Below are positions 29,463 to 36,965 of a stretch of DNA of 44,810 nt, in pieces. Under the pieces are notes generated by a model, which had not been told where the DNA came from, made no database searches, and saw nothing but the letters and a program-made list of their open reading frames with translations. Origin of the DNA: a virus (taxonomy: Duplodnaviria; Caudoviricetes); the IMG/VR virus record IMGVR_UViG_3300005805_000146, positions 1 to 44,810 of that record, one strand, 5' to 3'. Position numbers and translations under genes: made by a program. Each line of letters starts with the position of its first letter. The stretch's first letter is position 1.

Positions 29463-30182
29463 CTAGTATTTAAAGACTGATTTTTGTAGCCACGCAAAGT
29501 CGGGCATTTTGTTGCGCATAAACGCGTTATTGCCTAAGAACTTTTCTTTCGTCATACCTCCCGTGCCATCGGTTGACAGCCTGTAATTAACGGAGTGCTT
29601 GCCAGTGGTTCCGCATGCAATCCTTGCTTGGCACAGCGCTCTCATGAACGAGCGATCAGACACCACCGGCACGTACCACGCATGGCTGTGCTGCCTTGCT
29701 ACATCGGCGCGTACTGCGTAGCAGGAGTTGTCCACGAGGAACTGATCGTGTGAGTTTGGGTGCATGCCCAGCGACTCGCAATTGTCATCACAGATGAAGT
29801 TACCCTCCGCGTCCACAATACGGCGCAGGCTGTACGCCCAGCCGAGATCGTGTTCCTCGATCATCTTCACCAGTTCCTCAATGTGCCCCGGCTCGTACCA
29901 GTTATCGTCATCAAGATAGAAGATCACATCTTCCTCAACCAGATACGGCGCAGCAGCAAAGACAGGCGCCATGCCGTAACCGTTCTTGCCGTTGGCGATG
30001 GGGAGGTTAACTACAGTAACCGGCAAGCCGTTTGTGCTTTCCTCCACCGCATCCCAGCAATCCCTGCCGTGCGCAAATATATAGTGGTGTGCTGGATACG
30101 ACTGTGCGTCAACGCTGTACGCAGCTTCTCTTATCAGCTTGCGCCCTCGTGTGCTGGTGACTACTGCTACAGATAAACTCAT
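29463..30182 (-). CDS. Glycosyltransferase family 2-like
   Basis: VAVVTST..R, SVDAQSY, YLDDDNWY, SDR, SVNYR. Confidence 0.85.
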   Translation of the reverse strand: MSLSVAVVTSTRGRKLIREAAYSVDAQSYPAHHYIFAHGRDCWDAVEESTNGLPVTVVNLPIANGKNGYGMAPVFAAAPYLVEEDVIFYLDDDNWYEPGHIEELVKMIEEHDLGWAYSLRRIVDAEGNFICDDNCESLGMHPNSHDQFLVDNSCYAVRADVARQHSHAWYVPVVSDRSFMRALCQARIACGTTGKHSVNYRLSTDGTGGMTKEKFLGNNAFMRNKMPDFAWLQKSVFKY

Positions 30183-31117
30183 CTCAACTTCTCCATGTGG
30201 TGCAGCATTGTGTCAACGAAGTGCGCGTTGTAGAACTGCTCTGCCTGTGGTGATGCCAGATACTGCTGCATGGCGTACATGTACTTCATGTAGTCCTCAT
30301 ACGTGATGTCGTTCAAGAACTCCAGCAAGTCCTCGTAGAACTTGTACTTGCGCATGTCGATGAAACACTCAGGCGGGATGTGGTCAGTCACGTTCGGTGC
30401 GCCCCAGTACACAGGCACAACGCCTGCCAGCAGGCAGTCCAGCATCTTCTCTGTGATGTAGCCCCGCGCATGATTGCAGTTCTCGAACGCAATACAGAAG
30501 CGATATTTGTTTAGCACCTCCATTTTGTTGGACGCTGCGCCTTTCCATGAGCTAAAGCCGTTCCAGTTCCTGCCCCACAGATCAAACATACCCGATGCTC
30601 TGCTCTCAAAGAACTGGATGACGTTATCGCGCTTACCGTACAAGCTGTTGGGGTGGCTGTGCATCTTGCGCGTTTGCATCAACACGATGGGCTTGCGCAA
30701 AATAAATTCTTCACGTGTCAGGTTCGTGGGGCTAGCGTTCTGTAGATCAGCCGTGAAGTTGCTCTTGAAATACTTGACGTTATCTACCAGCCGGTCGTCC
30801 CATGTGAACACTTTGTCGCAGGTAGCATGAAACGCCTTGTCCCAATTCTCAGGGATAAGCATGTCGGGTTCGTAGATGATGAGTATTTTTTTCTTAGCTG
30901 GATAAAGTTCGCCCCGCGGTCTGTCCATCATGATGAGCAGATCAGCCTCACCTTTGAACTGGTCAGGCGTGTACATATTGATGCCACGCTCATCAGCCGC
31001 CACGAACAGATCGTTCCACGGCTTTAACAAATTAAAGCCAATGTCGCTTTCCTTGTTCGTGAACAAGTGACCGTCTGTCGTGATGAAAGGGTAGTGGTTT
31101 TGTACGACGACGTTCAT
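30179..31117 (-). CDS. Glycosyltransferase family 10 (alpha-1,3-fucosyltransferase-like)
   Basis: K...LNKYRFCIAFEN....GYITEK..D...AG.VPVYWG is the GT10 signature. Confidence 0.9.
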   Translation of the reverse strand: MNVVVQNHYPFITTDGHLFTNKESDIGFNLLKPWNDLFVAADERGINMYTPDQFKGEADLLIMMDRPRGELYPAKKKILIIYEPDMLIPENWDKAFHATCDKVFTWDDRLVDNVKYFKSNFTADLQNASPTNLTREEFILRKPIVLMQTRKMHSHPNSLYGKRDNVIQFFESRASGMFDLWGRNWNGFSSWKGAASNKMEVLNKYRFCIAFENCNHARGYITEKMLDCLLAGVVPVYWGAPNVTDHIPPECFIDMRKYKFYEDLLEFLNDITYEDYMKYMYAMQQYLASPQAEQFYNAHFVDTMLHHMEKLR

Positions 31118-31878
31118 GTGTTGTTCCTTCCTGCTCTCATCAAATCTCCCGCATACACATGCTGCCCCACATGGCGCAACTCAATCGTCGGGTCAGCGTA
31201 TATCTGCCCGCCTTCTTTCTTCCACAACTCACAGAAGTGGTAGTCCTCTGAGAGCAACAACCCAAGCTCAGTGATGGATGTGCCGAAGAACTCACGCGTC
31301 AATGGTGCTAAGAACTGACCGTTGTTCGGGTCAGTAATTAAGCTGGTGCGGTATGTGGGAACCTTAAAACGCAGCGCTTTCAACACGCTCCTGTGTATCA
31401 GCATGAACCCTGTGCCGCCGTGCAGTACTTCTACCAGACCCTCGTCGTTTAACGGAACCTTGTCGCCATCGTCAGCTACGGCGTTGAGTACATAGCTGCA
31501 CCCGAACTTGCTGATGTCACTTTCACCGCGCAGCGCGGCGTCACGTATCCTGTCCCAAAACAAAAACTTTTTAGGGTAGATACCGCAGACCATCTGTTTG
31601 TCGTGTTGTAGTAGCCGGTGTATCGCGTCTGTGGGAAACCATATGTCGGCGTCAATAAACATGAGGTAGTCATCTTGTGTCTCGTCAAGAAAGTATCTGG
31701 CAATCTCGTTCCTCGCGCGGGTAATCAGCGCTTCCTTGTTCATGAACTGCCAGCGAGTCTTGATGCCTTGACTCTCAAGGTAGCTGACGTTGCGCAGCAT
31801 GCTGTCCACGTACTCCATGAACATCGCACCGCCATACGCAGGAGTGCCGATCATGATGGTTGGTTTACCGTCGATCAT
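31114..31878 (-). CDS. GT-A fold glycosyltransferase-like protein (paralog B)
   Basis: Start reassigned to MIDGKPT (ATGA overlap); same motif set as 28672-29454. Confidence 0.8.
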   Translation of the reverse strand: MIDGKPTIMIGTPAYGGAMFMEYVDSMLRNVSYLESQGIKTRWQFMNKEALITRARNEIARYFLDETQDDYLMFIDADIWFPTDAIHRLLQHDKQMVCGIYPKKFLFWDRIRDAALRGESDISKFGCSYVLNAVADDGDKVPLNDEGLVEVLHGGTGFMLIHRSVLKALRFKVPTYRTSLITDPNNGQFLAPLTREFFGTSITELGLLLSEDYHFCELWKKEGGQIYADPTIELRHVGQHVYAGDLMRAGRNNT

Positions 31879-32879
31879 ATGAGTGCGTACCTGTAAACGG
31901 GGTTGAAGGTATTGAAGTTGAAGTTGCCATACGCACGCGACCAGTGTGCGGCGTTGACAAGGTTGGCTGAAGGACACGACACGCTTTCTTTGCAATCGAT
32001 CAGCGCGATGTAGTTCTTCAGGATTGGCAAGCACGAGACTTTCCCTGCGTACTTGTGGTGGTAGCCATTGTGATAATCAGGCGTGATGTTCTCTGCAACT
32101 GTGTCCATGCACACACCCTTTGCCAGTTCATAGTCGTCTGAGAGCACGAGAACACGAGGCACACGCCGGGCAAGGTTGTTGATGTCTGTCCGGTAACGAG
32201 AGAACGGCGGTAACGGCACTTCAACCTGCGCCTTGTCGCCGCCCCGCACGAACACCAAGCCAGCGTCCTCGACGCTGAACTTATCTTTCTTGTAGTAACG
32301 ACGCACCGCACGTTCAATGCTGCAGTACATGTCGTATTTGAAGGTGTAGAACTGCCGCAGATACACCTCGCCTGCGTTAAAAATGAACTCGCGCATGGCG
32401 TCGAAGTGAACCGCTATTGTGTTTTCAGGTATGCGGTCAACGAGCGTGAACACGCCTCGGAAAACATCGTCGAACTTTTCGTCGTAGCTCCACCAGTCAT
32501 AGGTGTTATCCACGATTAGCTCTTTACCGGACAGGCGTGCGACGTAGGCAGCGACGATTAAGTTCTCGATGACAGAAAAAAAGCCAGAGTTGCGGGGCTG
32601 GTAGAGCATCGTGCCATTGGGCACAATCGGAGGCAGCATGTCATAGTCAGGCAGGATGCCGACATGCAGGTCGTACTGTTCAGGTGTGATGTTGTATTTG
32701 CGGCAGGCGTGTTCCATCCCCAGACAGGCGATAACTTCCTGTCGATAGAAGGTGTGCTTTGGCAGGGTAGCTGGCAGGTCAGCGGCATCGCCGTTGCCCC
32801 AGAAAAAGCGACGTGCGGCGATAGCAGCTAACCGTTCAGCATCCCCCGTGGGAGAAGAGTAAGAGTGGAATTGAATCAT
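31875..32879 (-). CDS. Fucosyltransferase-superfamily (GT11/GT23/NodZ-like) glycosyltransferase
   Basis: SGFFS, VFVRGGDK (cf. HVRRGDK), VLVLSDD, and a late C..S.N motif. Confidence 0.6.
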   Translation of the reverse strand: MIQFHSYSSPTGDAERLAAIAARRFFWGNGDAADLPATLPKHTFYRQEVIACLGMEHACRKYNITPEQYDLHVGILPDYDMLPPIVPNGTMLYQPRNSGFFSVIENLIVAAYVARLSGKELIVDNTYDWWSYDEKFDDVFRGVFTLVDRIPENTIAVHFDAMREFIFNAGEVYLRQFYTFKYDMYCSIERAVRRYYKKDKFSVEDAGLVFVRGGDKAQVEVPLPPFSRYRTDINNLARRVPRVLVLSDDYELAKGVCMDTVAENITPDYHNGYHHKYAGKVSCLPILKNYIALIDCKESVSCPSANLVNAAHWSRAYGNFNFNTFNPVYRYALI

Positions 32880-32882
32880 CTG

Positions 32883-33044
32883 TCACCAGAGTGCGTGCCC
32901 GAAAGTTTCAGGCGTGGGTTTTGGTGTAACAACACGGGGTAAAACAACTAACGTCCAACCGTCTTGCAAAAACCGCTGCGCTGATTCTTTATCCCAGAAC
33001 TTGCGCAGCAGCTTGCCATCCTCGTCAATGACGAGATACCTCAT
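32883..33044 (-). CDS. Small hypothetical protein (MRYLVIDEDG...), 53 aa
   Basis: Read manually; ATGA overlap with the upstream ORF. Confidence 0.6.
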   Translation of the reverse strand: MRYLVIDEDGKLLRKFWDKESAQRFLQDGWTLVVLPRVVTPKPTPETFGHALW

Positions 33045-33235
33045 ATGCGAAGCATCAAGCCAAAGAACTTGGACAGCAACGATTCACGCGGTTGTTGGTA
33101 GCCCAATAGCAGGCTTTGCGCGAAGCGTTCCTCCGGTGTGTAGCTTTCTTCTTTGAACTTGGGTATGTAGAACTGTCCGATCTTGGGCGGTTCTTCCCTG
33201 ATAAATTTTCCGTCTTTGAGCATTACAAACCCCAC
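33041..33235 (-). CDS. Small hypothetical protein
   Basis: ORF tiles the operon; start may be GTG 33235 or ATG 33223. Confidence 0.6.
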   Translation of the reverse strand: MGFVMLKDGKFIREEPPKIGQFYIPKFKEESYTPEERFAQSLLLGYQQPRESLLSKFFGLMLRI

Positions 33236-33531
33236 TTGTCTCTATCGAAGTCAGCATCTTCGATGTAGTACATAGACACGCGGTCACGCCGTTTGGCTTG
33301 AATGTCCTCTGCCTTGCGGCGAGCCGCAACCTTTTCAGCTTTCACTTTGGCGGCTTCAACAGGCGTGTAGATGGGCTTGGGCGGTTTGACAGGCTTCGCC
33401 ACTTCGAGCATTGACTCCAACGTAGAGAACCGTGCGTCGCAAGTAAAGCACTTGCGCCTGCGTAACACGCCTCCGCTTTCATGCTTCATTGTCGTTGTGA
33501 CGTACGTCTGTCCACCGCATTTACACTTCAT
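33223..33531 (-). CDS. NrdR-N-like zinc-ribbon protein
   Basis: MKCKCGG...RRRKCFTCDARFSTLE; no ATP-cone domain. Confidence 0.75.
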   Translation of the reverse strand: MKCKCGGQTYVTTTMKHESGGVLRRRKCFTCDARFSTLESMLEVAKPVKPPKPIYTPVEAAKVKAEKVAARRKAEDIQAKRRDRVSMYYIEDADFDRDKWGL

Positions 33532-33546
33532 CTACACGCCCTCGAA

Positions 33547-34041
33547 TCAGTCATCTACCGAAGCTTCTGTGCCGCGCTTTGCGTTTAAGTTGGGAGCTAG
33601 CATGTCAGCCTTTGACAGACCGTCAGGCAAACGCCAAACCTCCAGCACGGTCTTGTCTTTGTTGGTGACACAGGTCACGCGACCCTTGCCCCACATCTGA
33701 CCGCCCGACGCCGTGATGCTGGACTGCAGGGCATGCCAATCAAACGTGCCCACCGGAACCTGCACCAGATCATCTGGCTGCATGTCCCTGATGTACGGCA
33801 TGTAGTAGGCAATCAGCGTGCCGTAAGGCAGCTTGCTCTTGACCCGCGTCTTGCGGGGCTTGGCAATGGGCTTGCTGAGATCGAGCGTTGCTTCTCTGAT
33901 GCTGTACTTTTCCGACAGCACGGCATAGTCGATGCCGCACTTGGTGTTCAGCAGCTTCAGAGTGTACAACGCACGCTCCAGCATGCTCTGGTAGGTTAAA
34001 GGAAGGTTTGCAACGGAAAGAGATTTAGGCTGTTTAGCCAT
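33547..34041 (-). CDS. Hypothetical protein
   Basis: Start MAKQPK with GGAG SD and its own promoter. Confidence 0.75.
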   Translation of the reverse strand: MAKQPKSLSVANLPLTYQSMLERALYTLKLLNTKCGIDYAVLSEKYSIREATLDLSKPIAKPRKTRVKSKLPYGTLIAYYMPYIRDMQPDDLVQVPVGTFDWHALQSSITASGGQMWGKGRVTCVTNKDKTVLEVWRLPDGLSKADMLAPNLNAKRGTEASVDD

Positions 34042-34068
34042 GATTAACTCCATGTGGTTGGTGGGTGA

Positions 34069-34096
34069 ATAATACAGATGTGGTACTGCGTGTCAA
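34069..34096 (-). promoter_or_regulatory. sigma70-type promoter TTGACA-16-TATTAT
   Basis: -35 at 34091-34096 and -10 at 34069-34074. Confidence 0.65.
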
Positions 34097-34713
34097 GCTT
34101 TCGACAAAAGATTTAATAAATCTATAGATTTTTGCCACGCGTCTTGCCTTGCTTGCTTGTTCCGTCTTAACACGTTAAGTTCCAGACTGCTCAGTTCAGA
34201 CAACCCATCGCATATCTGGTTTAACGTGTCACTCTTAAACGCAGCTTCATTAAACGCCCGGAACAGGCGTACATCAGCGCCAACGCCAGTGAAAACAGAG
34301 TCGTACAGACGTCCGTTTTCCCCTTCGCTGTTGCCGATCTTCAGGCTGTCGTTGAGTTCGTCTAACACCAGCCCGATGCGGTGACACACATCGGAGTACA
34401 TGATGTTGGTACGGCGGCGCAGTTCCTCTGCTGTCTCTGCGAACAAGTCCGGTTGTGCTGCGTTGGTCTTGTTCTCAGGGTACGGCAGGTAATGCACCTC
34501 GATCTGGCACAGACTTGACAGGTTAGTCTTGAACCTATCGACAGTCTCTGCGAACTCTGACCACAGGGGTTCAGGCAGCACGCGCAGTGCGTCCGTTCCC
34601 CACATCATCGTGTGACGGTAGACGTAGCTGCGGAACGCTGCGCTTTTGGCGTTGGCGGTCTTGGCATCTGGCGTCTTGCGGTCATAACTTACCCTTGTTT
34701 CTACGAGAATCAT
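34093..34713 (-). CDS. Hypothetical protein (weak DUF3150-like appearance)
   Basis: Start MILVET with GGAGG SD; helical; RLYDS motif. Confidence 0.65.
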   Translation of the reverse strand: MILVETRVSYDRKTPDAKTANAKSAAFRSYVYRHTMMWGTDALRVLPEPLWSEFAETVDRFKTNLSSLCQIEVHYLPYPENKTNAAQPDLFAETAEELRRRTNIMYSDVCHRIGLVLDELNDSLKIGNSEGENGRLYDSVFTGVGADVRLFRAFNEAAFKSDTLNQICDGLSELSSLELNVLRRNKQARQDAWQKSIDLLNLLSKA

Positions 34714-34931
34714 TTTCGTCCTCCTTTGTTGTTCGCACGCGGCCACAACGCCAAGCTAACGGGCTTGGCACCGAGGGCGGTTAGTTCTTTCTCAGAATAG
34801 GTGTCGTAGTGCGTTTGCCCGTAGCCGGGGCGCACATAGCAACTTTCAACGTAATGTGGCAAGTAGGTGATGCCGTTTAGCACATACGCTGTGTTAACAA
34901 CTAAGTCCATTTTTGTATCGTGTACCATCAT
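34710..34931 (-). CDS. Small hypothetical protein
   Basis: AAGGAG SD and ATGA overlaps. Confidence 0.6.
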   Translation of the reverse strand: MMVHDTKMDLVVNTAYVLNGITYLPHYVESCYVRPGYGQTHYDTYSEKELTALGAKPVSLALWPRANNKGGRK

Positions 34932-35158
34932 CTGCTCCTTATACGCGCTGCGGCGTGTTGAATGGTTGCGCAAAGCTCCCGCACTTCATGCACTGACGGT
35001 TCGCCTTGCAGGTTTTCTACTATGTGGTTGGCGTGCAGGATGCAGCGCGTCAGTTCCCCATGCGTTACCAGCGCCTGCACAATGCCGTTTAGCTGGGACT
35101 CCAACTGCTGCACCATGTCGATCAACTCATCTTTAGTCAGTCCTTGTAGTTCGCTCAT
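34928..35158 (-). CDS. Small hypothetical protein
   Basis: Start MSELQG; GAGGA upstream. Confidence 0.6.
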   Translation of the reverse strand: MSELQGLTKDELIDMVQQLESQLNGIVQALVTHGELTRCILHANHIVENLQGEPSVHEVRELCATIQHAAARIRSR

Positions 35159-35345
35159 TGGCGTCATCCTCTGTTGGATCAACGCGGAACCGTATGGTGT
35201 CTACGTTGAAGTTGTCCACGTCGCGCTGTGTAATAGCATCCAGCCCTGCGTGTATGGCGTCCTCGACTGATGTTGCGTGGACGTTCAAGGTTTTATCAAA
35301 GTCAGCTTTGCCTTTGATGCGTACGATGTATGATTTTTTACTCAT
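35133..35345 (-). CDS. Small hypothetical protein
   Basis: Start MSKKSY; GGAGG SD. Confidence 0.6.
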   Translation of the reverse strand: MSKKSYIVRIKGKADFDKTLNVHATSVEDAIHAGLDAITQRDVDNFNVDTIRFRVDPTEDDANERTTRTD

Positions 35346-35475
35346 CACTGCCTCCATTTAGTTCAAGGTACGTTTCTTTATCTACTTTTAGCAACAAATA
35401 ATCTCCAAACTCTTGTATAACTTCTGCGTTTTGAATTAAGTCAAACGCAAGTTCAAGTTTTTTCCAATCATCCAT
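35338..35475 (-). CDS. Small acidic protein (MDDWKKLELAF...), 45 aa
   Basis: Read manually; AGGAGG SD. Confidence 0.55.
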   Translation of the reverse strand: MDDWKKLELAFDLIQNAEVIQEFGDYLLLKVDKETYLELNGGSDE

Positions 35476-35483
35476 ACATCCTC

Positions 35484-35618
35484 CTAGAAAAATAAAAGCC
35501 GCCACACGGGCGGCACAAAAGCCAACGCAAGATACGCAAGCGCAGCACCGGTCATCATCAGGATAACCACCGACACCACGATCACGCAGACGTCACGCAA
35601 AATGTTTTCGTCATCCAT
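35484..35618 (-). CDS. Small membrane peptide (MDDENILRDVCVIVVSVVIL...), 44 aa
   Basis: Read manually; GGAGG SD; long hydrophobic stretch. Confidence 0.55.
   Translation of the reverse strand: MDDENILRDVCVIVVSVVILMMTGAALAYLALAFVPPVWRLLFF
35488..35514 (-). terminator. Possible intrinsic terminator within the end of the 44-aa ORF
   Basis: GCCGCC-CGTGT-GGCGGC followed by TTTTATTTTT on the minus strand. Confidence 0.45.
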
Positions 35619-35647
35619 AAAAACCTCCAAAAGAAGAATGACACCCG

Positions 35648-35902
35648 TCAATGTTTCGCTTTGTCGATGGCATTGGACGCCACCTCCATAGCCAGCGCAG
35701 ACACACGCGCAGTGTCTATGTCAGCGATCAGTTTGCTATACGCGTACGCAAGATCAGCTTCATCAGACAAGCCATGCGCCAGCACATAGCCCAGCGACGC
35801 GGCCAGCACCATGATTGCCTCCACGGTGTCGATGTTGTCGTCGCCATCAGCTAACGCTTTGTGTATGGCTTTCATCTTTCTCACGAATGATTCTTGTTGC
35901 AT
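35648..35902 (-). CDS. Hypothetical protein
   Basis: 84 aa; GGGAG SD. Confidence 0.65.
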   Translation of the reverse strand: MQQESFVRKMKAIHKALADGDDNIDTVEAIMVLAASLGYVLAHGLSDEADLAYAYSKLIADIDTARVSALAMEVASNAIDKAKH

Positions 35903-35913
35903 ATCAATCTCCC

Positions 35914-36939
35914 TTATTCAGCGATTTCGCTGTCCATGTTGCCGTTGTCGAACAAGTCCCACACCCATGCTGCTGCTTCCTCTGGGTCAGAGTCCACGAG
36001 TATGCGCATCTCGCCTTCCTCCTTCTCACCGTAGCTCTCGATCAACAGGTACTCAGCCTTGTCCGGTGCAGCGACAACCCAGTCAACAAGCTGGTGCATA
36101 CCGCGTCGATAGCAGTTGTGTGCAGCACGCACGATCTTGTTCATGTTCATCTTCTTGGGCTTGATGTTGTAGCCCTCGTACTCGTCATCGTAGTCGCCGT
36201 ACGCTTTGCCCTCTGGGTCGTACTCATCCCAGCCGAGCATCTTGCTTGAGTGCTTGGTGATAGGCGTAACAGTGCTGGGCTTGCCTTTGCCTGTGGAATA
36301 CGTTGTGTAGCCACCGAACCCATCGCTGTAGTAGTCATCGTCATAGCGTGACCAGCCACCATACGAACGCTTCGCACCATGCCCATGCTTGTGTGCTGAC
36401 CATGCGTAGGTGTTGGACAGCCACGCGCCTTGATGCTCAACGCCTGCCTCGTAGTTAAGCACGACGATCTCGCCGCTACTGTGCAAGAACGCGAACTTGT
36501 TAGCTGCGCCGATCATCTTCTCGATGTACGCCTGATAGTCAGGGTCAAGGATGATGTTAGGGTTGGCGAGCATGGCAGGCTTCAAGATGAACTCGATGAA
36601 GTGCCACGTGTCAGACTTGCGTTGATCGATGGGGTTGCCCATTGACAGGATGCCGTTGTGCGCCATCCACAGATCGTCAGTGACTTTGTATGGATGACAG
36701 TTGTCAAGATCAATGTCACCGTGCGTTTTCATGCGGTAGTGAATGATGCACTCACGACCCTTCAGTGTGTCACGGTAGAGCGTGTTGATCTCGGCAGGTT
36801 TGCCAAGCGTCTTGATGACAACGATGCTGCCGTTCTCGACATACATCGCACCGAAGCCGTCAGGGTTGTAGGAATAAAAGTCGTTCAGCAGTTCGTCGTT
36901 GAACGCGGTGTTAGCTGGATGATGGATAAGTATGCACAT
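35914..36939 (-). CDS. Class II glutamine amidotransferase (Ntn hydrolase)
   Basis: N-terminal MC nucleophile, NPDGFG, HYRMKTHG, NCHPY, AHNG, SDT; Tyr/Gly/acidic tail. Confidence 0.9.
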   Translation of the reverse strand: MCILIHHPANTAFNDELLNDFYSYNPDGFGAMYVENGSIVVIKTLGKPAEINTLYRDTLKGRECIIHYRMKTHGDIDLDNCHPYKVTDDLWMAHNGILSMGNPIDQRKSDTWHFIEFILKPAMLANPNIILDPDYQAYIEKMIGAANKFAFLHSSGEIVVLNYEAGVEHQGAWLSNTYAWSAHKHGHGAKRSYGGWSRYDDDYYSDGFGGYTTYSTGKGKPSTVTPITKHSSKMLGWDEYDPEGKAYGDYDDEYEGYNIKPKKMNMNKIVRAAHNCYRRGMHQLVDWVVAAPDKAEYLLIESYGEKEEGEMRILVDSDPEEAAAWVWDLFDNGNMDSEIAE

Positions 36940-36965
36940 AGTTAGTTCTCCTTGTGGTTGGTTGA

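Noticed and set aside
28669-29466. 265-aa plus-strand ORF and the many other antisense ORFs in the track
   Set aside because: They are shadows of well-supported genes on the opposite strand.
24704-32879. DNA hypermodification (glycosylated bases) as the primary explanation
   Set aside because: No hydroxymethylase, TET/JBP or other base-activating enzyme is visible in the window. Not excluded, but unsupported.
24805-35031. CCAACCAC copies at 24805-24812 and 35024-35031 as sRNA targets
   Set aside because: Both are inside coding sequence and not followed by a GGAG SD; treated as chance or weak sites.
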